Under the pieces are notes generated by a model that was given only the letters and a program-made list of their open reading frames with translations, made no database searches and had not been told where the DNA came from. The translations under genes were made by a program, and so were the position numbers. A DNA stretch of 64,000 nt from Terriglobia bacterium (GTDB lineage Bacteria; Acidobacteriota; Terriglobia; 2-12-FULL-54-10). The DNA lies in NCBI GenBank assembly GCA_963666975.2, contig CAXVYR010000004.1, positions 1,024,001-1,088,000 of the forward strand, given 5' to 3'. This document shows positions 41,989 through 51,438 of the stretch, piece after piece (within the stretch, counting starts at the first letter, position 1; each line of letters begins with the position of its first letter).

Positions 41989-42885
41989 ATGAAGAGACCA
42001 GATGATTTGGATGAAACTCCTCTATCAACCCCAGACAGGCCCGCGAAGCGGTTGTCTGCGCTGCGAATTGTCCTGCTCATAACCTTCGGGCTCGCCTTCT
42101 TCGGTATCGCCGGCTACTTTTTTTTGAGCCGTCTCGAAGATATAGAGCAACAGATGGCTCGGCTCAACAGACAAGTCGAAGAAACCGTGCAGAAGGCCGC
42201 AGACGCCGCCGAACGGTCGGATACCGCTCTCTCCCGTGCCTCCCAGGCCGAAGAGAACGCGCTGCAGGCGGCTCGCGGAAGGATTCAGGCCGAACAAGCC
42301 GAAGTGGCAGCCCAAACAGAGGCAGAGCTTGCTCGGCAGGAATCGGCGGTGGCGGCTCAGGAGGCGGAACGGGCTCGCGAAGAAACCAGGCTGGCTCAGG
42401 AGGAAACCGCGCGCATCCGCAAGCAGAGGGAAGAGGAAATGGCCCGCTTGCAGAAGGCCCTGGGCCGAATCGCGGAAACACGCAGGACCGCCCTGGGATT
42501 GGTGATGAACCTGGACAGCGACTCGATTCAGTTCGATTTCAACAAGGCAGCCCTGCGGCCTGCGAATCGCGAGCTGCTGAGCAGAATCGCCGGCGTCTTG
42601 CTCACTTCCAACGGGTACAAGGTTCAGGTCTTCGGCCACACCGATGACGTCGGCTCAGAGAAATACAATTTGGAGTTGTCAGAAAGACGCGCTCAGTCCG
42701 TCCGTGATTACTTGATCGAAGCCGGCATTGACCCGGACATTTTCACCACCAAAGGGTTTGGGAAATCCAGCCCTGTGGCGCCGGGAACCGATCCGCAGGC
42801 GCGAACAAAAAACCGCCGTGTGGAGATCGGCATCATCGATTCCGTGATCGGCTATCAGGGAGCTGTGGCGCGCCGGGAAGAATGA
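41989..42885 (+). CDS. OmpA-family protein (TM, coiled coil, OmpA_C)
   Basis: FDFNKA, GHTDDVG, LSERRA, NRRVEI. Confidence 0.92.
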   Translation: MKRPDDLDETPLSTPDRPAKRLSALRIVLLITFGLAFFGIAGYFFLSRLEDIEQQMARLNRQVEETVQKAADAAERSDTALSRASQAEENALQAARGRIQAEQAEVAAQTEAELARQESAVAAQEAERAREETRLAQEETARIRKQREEEMARLQKALGRIAETRRTALGLVMNLDSDSIQFDFNKAALRPANRELLSRIAGVLLTSNGYKVQVFGHTDDVGSEKYNLELSERRAQSVRDYLIEAGIDPDIFTTKGFGKSSPVAPGTDPQARTKNRRVEIGIIDSVIGYQGAVARREE

Positions 42886-42968
42886 GAGAGGGCGTGTCGC
42901 GGGCTAGACATCGGCAACGGGCTATATCTGAAGAACCCACTGGATAAGAACTCGCAGCGTCACGCCGA

Positions 42969-43031
42969 ACTGATCGCCGCAATTCGGAAGATCGGGTTGA
43001 AACGTAATCCGTGAAAACCGAAGGCGCAGAA
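42969..43031 (+). repeat. 63-bp direct repeat, copy 1 (60/63 identical to 48013-48075)
   Basis: Direct comparison of the two copies. Confidence 0.92.
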
Positions 43032-43735
43032 TGCGACACCGAGTATTATTTCTGGACCAGCCATTCAACGATGGCCTGCCCGTTCTGCAACGTCGAAGGG
43101 CAGCGATAGCCGAGGTTTGCAAGAATTGCCGAGCAGCGGGATAGCCACAGCTTGGCGGATAGAATGGTGCGGGAGGGGGGATTCGGTCTTTTCCATATAT
43201 TGAAGCCCTGTAACTTACTGATTCTCGGTAGGCACTGTGTGCATGGAACGCACCAAGCACCATACCTGTGTTACACGGGTGTTACGCGGGATTTGGGTGC
43301 TGGCAGCAAAAACCACCCTGCCTGAGAGCTTCCACGGTTGACCCAGCGTAGATTGACACAACAGGCAAGACGGGAGATTTCACTTTCTTCTTCTGGCGGG
43401 CAGACCCGGCTGTTGGCTCCAATCCGGCACCTGTAGCAAACGCCACCGGCAGGGGAGTCCTAAAAAGGTAAGAAATTTCTCAAAAAACGCTTGCTTTCCA
43501 ATTGGAGACTGTTATTCTTATGAACTTAGTAGCCGGTTCGGCTGTTTGAATCACATTGATTACATGGAAACATATTGCCATTTGCATACCGTTGTTGTAA
43601 TATAGCTTTCAACCCTGGAAGGTTCCCCTCTTCTATGTTTCAGGACGAAAAGGTGAACAAGCGCCCAGCTTTTTTTCCTAGAAAAATATGGAGTCTAGTC
43701 CACACGCCCATGCAGTGATATGGGGGGGGGGTGTC

Positions 43736-44371
43736 GTGAAGGTTTGGCTTATCGTCGTTTTAGCAACCGCAATCATTAGCTTCGGTTTGAGCGCAGGGTT
43801 CGTAAGAGCCGCAGAAAAAGGCAGCCAGGAAGTTGTTGTGGGAGTAGAGAGGAAAGAGATCGTACTCATCCAGAAAGACGTTATTCTGACTTTGTCTGGC
43901 TTGCCTACAGAAAGTGTTATTGCCCCATTCGATCTCGAAAATGCGACCTTCCATAGTGTGGCTCTATCACCACAAGGGAACCTTGTCGCATTCTCAGTGA
44001 AGGGAAAGACACACGACTGGCTGGGGCTCTACGATATTCAAAAAAAGAATGTGACGGAGATAAGCTTCCTTTATGGAGGCGATGCTGGAGAGCTTTCTTG
44101 GTCTCCAGACGGTCACTACCTGGCCGCCGAGGCCATTCCGGCAAGCGGTATCCGCACTATCCTCGTTATAGATTCAACGGACCAGAAAATCATAGCGACG
44201 CTACCACAGGTGTCCGGCGATGGTGAAAAGATTGCTGAGGTGTTTCAGCCTTGGTGGAGCAAGGACGGAGAAATACTGCATTTCAAAGCAACTCGAACTG
44301 CCAATGAAGCCCCTTTCAATCATCAACTTCTCTTGAATTCTATAGAGGTTCCTGGGCCTCACAAGAAGTAA
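43736..44371 (+). CDS. Secreted protein with TolB/PD40-like repeats
   Basis: Signal peptide; SPQGNLVAF, WSPDGHYLA, WSKDGEIL. Alternative ATG at 43688. Confidence 0.7.
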   Translation: MKVWLIVVLATAIISFGLSAGFVRAAEKGSQEVVVGVERKEIVLIQKDVILTLSGLPTESVIAPFDLENATFHSVALSPQGNLVAFSVKGKTHDWLGLYDIQKKNVTEISFLYGGDAGELSWSPDGHYLAAEAIPASGIRTILVIDSTDQKIIATLPQVSGDGEKIAEVFQPWWSKDGEILHFKATRTANEAPFNHQLLLNSIEVPGPHKK

Positions 44372-44670
44372 AGAAGTGAAAGTAAACGTATACGCACGGC
44401 GAGTTAACAGTGATCCCTGTCCTCCTGCTCACTTACCTCTTGCTCGGAAGTCTTGTTTATGGTCAAGACTGCCTAAATAACTGTAGCCTCGAGTGCATCC
44501 CTTTTATACCTGCTCATGATCCCGGAAAATTATGAACAGAATCAAGGCGAGAGGGATCACCTTGTTAGTATAAAGGCCATCATGATGACAATAAGGTCAA
44601 GCATCATAAATTGGCGTGATCCACAGGTTGGCCACTCGTCGGGTAGCACTGCAGGACAGGAAGCATATAA

Positions 44671-46119
44671 GAGGGTGTCCCATACATAGTTGAAGGTTGA
44701 ACGGCGGTTCGGCCCGAATCGAATAGAATCGGGCCAAGCCTAAATCCTATAGAAGGAGAACCGCCGAATGAAGGGAAAATATCACGTTTTGGAACTGGGT
44801 TCCAAGGGAGCCGAAGAAACCATCCAGAAGTTTTGCCAAACCAACGGACAGATGCTGTTGCCGGTGGTGGATCTGATCACGGAGGCGCGTCTGGCGGTGG
44901 ATGAGGTGATTGATCGGGCCGGGCGAGGTTTGATTGAAACGATTCTGAGCATGAGCGCAGAGCAAATCGCGGGGCCAAAGAGTCCCGGGAAGGCGAGCGG
45001 AGAGGTGCGCTGGCATGGCCGGCAATTGGGGAGGGTGAAACTGGCCGATCGCCAGCTGCGGGTGGAGCGGCCGAGGCTGCGCCGGAAGGGCGGAGGGGAA
45101 GAAGCGGTGCCGGCCTACGAAGCGCTGCGGAAAAGCGAGAAGACGGGCGAGGAGATGTTCGAGGCACTGTTGAAAGGGGTTTCGACGCGGAACTACCGCG
45201 AGGTGATCCCGGAGATGGCCAACAGCGCTGGGGTGTCGAAGTCTCAGGTGAGCCGGGAAGCGGCCGAGCAAGGAGCGCGGCGGCTGGAAGAACTGTTGGC
45301 GCGGCGCTGGGAGGAGGTCGAGATTCTGGTGATTTACCTGGACGGAATGCGGTTCGGCTCCCACCACGTCATCAGCGCCGTGGGCGTGGACATCGAGGGC
45401 CGCAAGCATGTGCTGGGGATTCAACTGGGCGCGACCGAAAACGCCGCTGCGGTGAAAGACCTTCTCACCCGCCTGCGCCAGCAAGGTTTGCGCACGGATC
45501 AGCGCTATCTGTTTGTGATCGACGGCGCCAAAGCGCTCCGCGCGGGGATCGAGGAAGTATTCGGCAGCAATCAGCTGGTGCAGCGTTGCCGTACTCATAA
45601 GCTGCGCAACGTGGCTGAGCGGTTACCAAAGGGCGACAAAATGCTGGCGAATCAGGTGCGGTCGCTGATGCGCGCCGCCTGGCGATTGCCCCAAGCCGAG
45701 GAAGGCATCGTGCGCATAAAAAAGCTCGCTGGGATGATCGAGTGCGATCATCCGGCAGCAGCCGCCAGCTTGCGCGAAGGGTTGGAGGAGACCTTTACGA
45801 TCAATCGAGCCGACGTTCCTCCCAGCCTCCACCGCTGCCTGGCAACCACGAACCTCATCGAGAGCCCGCAGTCGGGCGTGCGGAAAAAGACTGGCAATGT
45901 TTGCCGCTGGCGCGACGGCGAGATGACGTTGCGCTGGGTGGCAGGAGCGTTTCTGCTGACCGAGAAGAATTTCCGGAAGATCATGGGTTATCACGATCTC
46001 TGGGCTTTGGCATCGATTCTCGGCCGAAGTCCAAACGCTGCTTCCTCTCACAAGGAGAAAGTGGCGTAATATGAACTCAACCCGCCGTCCCAACCTGCAA
46101 CTGAGTTTGGGACACCTTC
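44671..46119 (+). mobile_element. IS256-family insertion sequence
   Basis: Imperfect terminal inverted repeats GAGGGTGTCCCATACATAGTTGAAGGTTG / CAACCTGCAACTGAGTTTGGGACACCTTC; no short target-site duplication visible. Confidence 0.9.
44768..46069 (+). CDS. IS256-family DDE transposase
   Basis: GVSTR, YLDG, VIDG, QRCRTHK, TTNLIES. Confidence 0.95.
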   Translation: MKGKYHVLELGSKGAEETIQKFCQTNGQMLLPVVDLITEARLAVDEVIDRAGRGLIETILSMSAEQIAGPKSPGKASGEVRWHGRQLGRVKLADRQLRVERPRLRRKGGGEEAVPAYEALRKSEKTGEEMFEALLKGVSTRNYREVIPEMANSAGVSKSQVSREAAEQGARRLEELLARRWEEVEILVIYLDGMRFGSHHVISAVGVDIEGRKHVLGIQLGATENAAAVKDLLTRLRQQGLRTDQRYLFVIDGAKALRAGIEEVFGSNQLVQRCRTHKLRNVAERLPKGDKMLANQVRSLMRAAWRLPQAEEGIVRIKKLAGMIECDHPAAAASLREGLEETFTINRADVPPSLHRCLATTNLIESPQSGVRKKTGNVCRWRDGEMTLRWVAGAFLLTEKNFRKIMGYHDLWALASILGRSPNAASSHKEKVA

Positions 46120-46508
46120 GAAGGAACTATCGAATGGTTCAAGGATCCCGAGAGTAAGGCCAGTGCGCACTTTCTTGTTAGTAGTAAAGGCGAAATCATC
46201 ATGATGGTTTCCCTTGACAACGTTGCCTACCATGCTGGTGGTGATTTTAGCAACAACCAATCAAGCATCGGTATAGAACTTGAAGATGGCGCTTCGCAAG
46301 CCTATCTAGATGCTGATTCAGGTTGGCCGACTCGACTCCAATATGAAGCGACAGCCAAATTGGTCAGATGCTTAGCAGCGCTGCACGACGATATATACCT
46401 AGACAGGAAGCATATAATTGGGCATAGTGAAGTCCCACGCAGTAAAAAGACAGATCCTGGTCTGAACTGGGATTGGGATTATTTCATGCAATTGGTTATT
46501 AATACTAA

Positions 46509-46680
46509 CTAGAGCGGTTCTCCAGTTGCTATCTATCGTGTCCGAGCCGCGACCGTGAGGGAGCGGTTCCAAAAATGGCTCAATCGACCAGCGTTTGGTG
46601 TCCGCTTGCTTACGCGCGCGGCTCGGATTGGCTTGGCTCCCGGTGAACTGGGGTCTACACTATCACGAGAACTGCTCTAG
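46509..46680. mobile_element. About 170-bp MITE-like element containing an inverted REP-like pair
   Basis: Ends CTAGAGCGGTTCTC / GAGAACTGCTCTAG (13/14 match); internal TCCGAGCCGCG...CGCGGCTCGGA. Confidence 0.7.
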
Positions 46681-46938
46681 TGCTCTCCGTTCGGATCAGA
46701 AGCGCAGCGGTTCCACGCCCCCCCAAGATAGCAGTCTCAAATCACCCCCACCGCAATCAGAAACCCCACCACCGGCATGGCAGCAAATATGGCGTTCATT
46801 TGCAATAGCCATGGGATGATCCTCTTGATCCGTCTCAGCCGTCATTCCACTACCTGATCAGAAGTTTGGATTTCCGCTTTTTGGGTTCATAATGCGAGTA
46901 GCTGTGCGGTAGCGAAACTACAGGGCGGTTGCGAGAGC

Positions 46939-47481
46939 ATGAGCGAGGATTTCCATTCAGCGCCGGTCCCGATCCGGATGAGTTGCCGATACTCGAACGG
47001 AATGACCGTCAGTTACGGCGCGCGCGCTTTGGCTTACGACGATTCTTCCCTGCGGGTCTTGTCGTCCGAGGACTTTGAAAGGGGGCTTCAGTTGAATATC
47101 TTTGCTCCCTTTTTGAAAGGCATCACCGCCTGCAGGGTCGTGGCCTCGGCTCGGAACCGGAAGCAACCCGCCTACTTTGAGCTGGAGTTGAGCTTTTTGA
47201 AAAAGCAGCTCCCGGCCGCGCAGTCGGAGGAAAAACCAGCCGTTGAGCAAACCCGCAAAGCGATCCCCGAAGAAGTAGCTTTCGCTGCGGAGCGGATGGC
47301 CGCTGCATTGGAATTGGCCACTGACCAAGGGGTATCCCAGGTGTGGCGGCAGTTCCCTCCCTCCCGGCGTCCTTTACTTCTGACGGTGGGCGCAGCCGCA
47401 GTTTTGCTGCTTCTGCAGGAGAAAGGGCTCCTGGATGTGCAGAATTTGCTCGCCGGGGTCAAGGAAAAGCTCAGCAGATGA
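46939..47481 (+). CDS. Hypothetical protein, possibly a degenerate PilZ-like N-terminus
   Basis: ORF overlapping the next gene at ATGA; beta-rich N-terminus. Confidence 0.6.
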   Translation: MSEDFHSAPVPIRMSCRYSNGMTVSYGARALAYDDSSLRVLSSEDFERGLQLNIFAPFLKGITACRVVASARNRKQPAYFELELSFLKKQLPAAQSEEKPAVEQTRKAIPEEVAFAAERMAAALELATDQGVSQVWRQFPPSRRPLLLTVGAAAVLLLLQEKGLLDVQNLLAGVKEKLSR

Positions 47482-48017
47482 GAACCTCGCGGAAAGACCG
47501 CCGGAGCGAGCGCGTTCCGACAACGCACAAGTTGCTGCTGACCATTCTTGGGCCCAGCGGAGCCGTAATATTGAAAGAAATCGTCACCTCTGTTGAAATC
47601 TCCCAGCACGGGGCCCGGCTCAGGGGACGGCGGACCCTCGAAGCGGACTGGAAGGGGGTCCTGGTCCAGTTGGGTTCCGGCCAGCAGGCTCCTTGCCGGG
47701 TCGTCTGGCAAACCAAGTCCGTCTCCGTGCCGGCGTCTCTGGAAACCGGCGTCGAAATTTTGTCGGTCCATGATTTCTGGAGACGAAACTTTTCCAATCC
47801 CGATGCTGAGCCGGAGTCCGCTGAGATCGTCATCGAAGACGCTTCGGTGACTCCGGAAATGTTGCTGCGGAAACTCGGTGAAGCTTCCAATTCTCACGCC
47901 AAGGGAGATATGCAAGTTCTGGAAGCTGTCTGGTGCGGTTTGGTAGAGCAATTGGAAGAGCGCAACCTATTTACTCGGTTTGGTAGAGCAATTGGAAGAG
48001 CGCAACCTATTTACTGA
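47478..48017 (+). CDS. PilZ-like protein with its C-terminus altered by a 40-bp duplication
   Basis: RRSER and EISQHGARL motifs; exact tandem repeat at 47936-47975 and 47976-48015. Confidence 0.65.
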   Translation: MRTSRKDRRSERVPTTHKLLLTILGPSGAVILKEIVTSVEISQHGARLRGRRTLEADWKGVLVQLGSGQQAPCRVVWQTKSVSVPASLETGVEILSVHDFWRRNFSNPDAEPESAEIVIEDASVTPEMLLRKLGEASNSHAKGDMQVLEAVWCGLVEQLEERNLFTRFGRAIGRAQPIY

Positions 48018-48075
48018 TCGCCGCAATTCGGAAGCTCGGGTTGAAACGTGATCCGTGAAAACCGCAGGCGCAGAA
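48013..48075 (+). repeat. 63-bp direct repeat, copy 2
   Basis: Matches 42969-43031. Confidence 0.92.
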
Positions 48076-48145
48076 GTTCCCGGTTAGCAAGCGGACCCAT
48101 ACACCCGTTTTCCCACAACCTCTTAGGATGGCAACGGGACATCCT

Positions 48146-50416
48146 TCACTGGTTGGAGCTTTTTCGGACCGGCACCAGAAGAACCGGGCAGGGAGTGGAG
48201 CGAACCACGCTGTAGGCGACGCTGCCGATCATCATGCGCCGGGTAAAGCTGCCCTGTCCCATCGTAGCCATCACAATCAAATCCGCGCCCTCGGTTTCGG
48301 CAACAGACACAATGGTCTGGGCGGCGCCCGAGCCCCTCACCAGGGTATCGGTCTTCACGCCTCTCTCGCGGAGGGCAGCTCCTACCTTGTCCAGATATGC
48401 TTTTAGCACGGGAGCGTCTTGTTCTCTGTCCGGCACTGCTAAAAGCAGAACCTGGCTCTCGAACCGTGGGGCTAGCTGCCTAACATAACGGAGCGCCCGT
48501 TCAGCGTTTTCCGAGCCATCCAGCGGCACCAACAGCCGCTTAAACTGCGACATTCGGCTCTTCCATTCCTCCGTGGGCCGCAACAGCAACACCGGCGTGC
48601 TGGTCAACCGTGTGAGATCGTACGCCACGCTCCCGAGAAATAATCGTTTGACTCCGGACCGCGCGCGGGTGCTCATCACGATCAGATCTGCTTCCAAATC
48701 CTGGGCCATCGCGTTGATTCCCTGTGCGACCGGGCCAGAACCGAAGACGAAGTCAACATTCAACCCCGCCTCCTGCAACTGTCCCGTGTGATGGTTCAAA
48801 TAGGCTTCCAGGTCCTTATTGTCCCCAACCAGCTGATTTTCCTGAGACCGCTCGCGGCTCTGTTTCCGCCCGACAGAAACAAGCGCCAACTCGGCATCGC
48901 AAGCACGGGAGAGCGCCCCCGCAGTGGGAAGCGCATACTCGCTCAGTTGGGAGCCATCCAGCGGAATGGCGATCTTTCCAAAAGTGGCTTCGTCCTCCGG
49001 CAGCCCTTCTCTCTCGTAGGGCAGCAAATACCTGCCGACAAACATTCGCCCCAACTGATCCTCGAGAGATGTAGGCTCTCCCATCGCTGAACGAGTCACA
49101 CTAAAAGCTGCGTAGAGAACTGGGATGAAAAGGAAATACATCCAGGCGCCCTCCACGAAGCGTTCCTCAAAGATGAGCACCGTGGCCCCGGAAGTCAATA
49201 TAGCCGCCACAATCGTCCCGGTCAGGGAGAGCAAACAGGCCACAGAGAACTTCGCCCTCAGTTCCCGCAGGAGCCGTTTGCTAACCGCCCAACCGGTGAG
49301 ACTCAATAAGACAAACACCCCTGCGGCGTAAATTGCTAAATAGGTTTCCTCGCTGGTTCCAAAAGCCAAAAAACAAAAGGAAACTACCGTAACTTGAATC
49401 CAAACCGGTATATCCGCCACGTCAAAATGGTTCCGCTGGCCGATCCGGCTGGGAAGATAGTGGCGGTATCTCAGTCCTAGCGCCAGGTTCTGCAACCCCT
49501 GGGCACTCGCCGCCGCCGCTGACAGCAACACAGCAATCCCGACCAGAGTGCCCAAGTAGGCTAGCGGTTGCGGCAGCAATTGATCCATTGTTTGGGTAAA
49601 TACGGAGACATGCTCGTTGGATGGGTCTGAGAGCTGCAAGATGGCCGGTCCAACGATTAGCATCGTTATGGAGGTGGTTCCCATGATAATCAGAAGACTG
49701 CCAAATGACTTTTTGCTTTTCTGCTGAGGTGTTCCCCCATAGGCCGCTACAAGATTGGCAAAGATTTCAATGCCGGTCATGAGAGCCAAAATACGGGCAT
49801 ACCCTCCCAAGGTGAAGGGCAGATATTCCGGGCTAAAAGCGCGCAGGTCCAGCGGTGGCAATTGAAAACCCAGCTTCCAAACGCTTGCAATCACCATGGC
49901 CCAAAGCAATAGCAGGACTCCGGCTGTAGCTGGACCGAAAGTCCGCGCTGCCATCTTCGGACCCCGATTGACCAGCCAGCCGGTTACAAGGCTCAGAAAG
50001 ATAGCCACGTAGGTCCGCAACTGAAATCCCAGGAACGTTTGGTTAAATACCGGAAACCGGTCCGCCAGGAAGGTAACCAATGCGGCTATGCTCACCAGGA
50101 AGGTGAGAGTGTACTCGACGAATGTGATCCCCGCATTGATCTTTACGGCCCAGCTTCCAAACTCCTCTTCGTTCAATCCGCTGCCGCCGCTGCCGTCGGT
50201 CACCCAGTTCATCACTAGGCGATACATGGTTGATACCACAACAACGGTCAGTACGACGAGCCAGATGCTCGCCCCAAAGGTCACATTGGCTACGCCAGCG
50301 ACCACAATCAGCTTCAGAAAAGGACCGAAAACGTACAAAGGAGACGTGGCTGGATCGCCACCGCCGGCGAGCGCGCCTTCAAACGAGTTGTTCAGCTTAT
50401 GAGAGACGTGTGACAT
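48146..50416 (-). CDS. APC-superfamily (KimA-like) transporter fused to two universal stress protein domains
   Basis: About 12 TM segments, ALMTGIEIFAN; two USP domains (IPLDGS...GSVA, VPLDGS...GSVA..PVLLV). Confidence 0.82.
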   Translation of the reverse strand: MSHVSHKLNNSFEGALAGGGDPATSPLYVFGPFLKLIVVAGVANVTFGASIWLVVLTVVVVSTMYRLVMNWVTDGSGGSGLNEEEFGSWAVKINAGITFVEYTLTFLVSIAALVTFLADRFPVFNQTFLGFQLRTYVAIFLSLVTGWLVNRGPKMAARTFGPATAGVLLLLWAMVIASVWKLGFQLPPLDLRAFSPEYLPFTLGGYARILALMTGIEIFANLVAAYGGTPQQKSKKSFGSLLIIMGTTSITMLIVGPAILQLSDPSNEHVSVFTQTMDQLLPQPLAYLGTLVGIAVLLSAAAASAQGLQNLALGLRYRHYLPSRIGQRNHFDVADIPVWIQVTVVSFCFLAFGTSEETYLAIYAAGVFVLLSLTGWAVSKRLLRELRAKFSVACLLSLTGTIVAAILTSGATVLIFEERFVEGAWMYFLFIPVLYAAFSVTRSAMGEPTSLEDQLGRMFVGRYLLPYEREGLPEDEATFGKIAIPLDGSQLSEYALPTAGALSRACDAELALVSVGRKQSRERSQENQLVGDNKDLEAYLNHHTGQLQEAGLNVDFVFGSGPVAQGINAMAQDLEADLIVMSTRARSGVKRLFLGSVAYDLTRLTSTPVLLLRPTEEWKSRMSQFKRLLVPLDGSENAERALRYVRQLAPRFESQVLLLAVPDREQDAPVLKAYLDKVGAALRERGVKTDTLVRGSGAAQTIVSVAETEGADLIVMATMGQGSFTRRMMIGSVAYSVVRSTPCPVLLVPVRKSSNQ

Positions 50417-50867
50417 GGAAAAATTTCTACCGCAGTACCATGAATGTAGCCGCAGCTTATTCTACCCAGAATCTCCTTTTTGAACTCCTGGCGGAAAGAA
50501 TTATACGCCAACTGCTTCTGTTGCGATCTCCAGTCCACCCAACCTCAGATCGCCAAAGCCTCAGCTTTCGCTGCCGGTCAGGCAGTCCGGCTGGAGATAG
50601 CAACGACAGCGTTGTCCTGAAATGGTTAGAAGAGCTGAAACGGCAGTCAGCCAGCCCGCGAAGCGTTAACCCGGATGCGCGAGCAAGCGCAGCTTCCGCC
50701 TGGACCGCTTACGATGGATGCAGTGTTGCAGGCACTGGAGGGACTCGAACGCCGGTGGCCCGGTCAATTGCTGTTGCGCCGGGAACTCCGGCATGTCGTA
50801 TCTTGGTATGTATTTTGTACGCGGAGCATTTCCTGCCTGTAGGTCTCTGATAATTAAAAATGATAAT

Positions 50868-50952
50868 TGGTGCGGGAGGGGGGATTCGAACCCCCAAGCC
50901 TTGCGGCGCCACCCCCTCAAGATGGTGTGTCTGCCAGTTCCACCACTCCCGC
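50868..50952 (-). tRNA. tRNA-Leu (anticodon GAG)
   Basis: GCGGGAG acceptor stem, CCATC-TTGAGGG-GGTGG anticodon arm, long variable arm, GGTTCGAATCC, encoded CCA; downstream of secG. Confidence 0.97.
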
Positions 50953-50964
50953 AGCGGGCGATGA

Positions 50965-51408
50965 TTATTGACTTGGAGCTTCCGGCGGTGTCGTCTCTGT
51001 CCGTGCTGGAGAGTCTGTTTGTGCCTCGTTCGGGTTTGGGGCTGGTATGATCTCAGTCTGCACTCCAACGCCCGCTGGCAGCCCTTCGACTCCTATGCCT
51101 ATTGGCGCCGGTGCTGTCGCCGGTGCCGCCTCCTGGGTCTCCTGCTGGTTGCCCAGGATGGACTCTCCCCCTCCCCTGGCTCGATTGGAGAGAACAGACA
51201 GCGACATCGAAGTCAGCATGAAAAGGATGGCCAGTACAGTGGTCGACTTGGACAATAAGGTGGCCGTGCCGCGGGGGCCGAAGGCCGCCTGGCTGCCCAT
51301 TCCTCCGAAAGCCGCCGCGACATCGGCCCCGCGCGCGCTTTGCACCAGGACGATCAAGATCAAGACCACCGCAACCAGCACATGAATTGTTGTCAGCAAA
51401 GTTAGCAT
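50965..51408 (-). CDS. secG: Preprotein translocase subunit SecG
   Basis: VLVQSARG..AAFGG, two TM segments; tpiA-secG-tRNA-Leu synteny. Confidence 0.95.
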   Translation of the reverse strand: MLTLLTTIHVLVAVVLILIVLVQSARGADVAAAFGGMGSQAAFGPRGTATLLSKSTTVLAILFMLTSMSLSVLSNRARGGGESILGNQQETQEAAPATAPAPIGIGVEGLPAGVGVQTEIIPAPNPNEAQTDSPARTETTPPEAPSQ

Positions 51409-51438
51409 GGGGATCGACTCACTCAGGCTTCCGGCAAT

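Larger units (their letters stand above)
44410..46512 (+). pseudogene. N-acetylmuramoyl-L-alanine amidase (AmpD/Amidase_2 type) split by IS256
   Basis: Signal-like N-terminus at 44410-44533; from 46120, EGTIEWF..ASAHFLV..AYHAG..SIGIE..IIGHSEV..KTDPG. Confidence 0.8.
43165..50888. mobile_element. Degenerate genomic island integrated at the tRNA-Leu(GAG) 3' end, no integrase
   Basis: 21-bp exact repeat TGGTGCGGGAGGGGGGATTCG at 43165-43185 and 50868-50888; AT-richer cargo, IS256 and pseudogenes inside. Confidence 0.8.
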
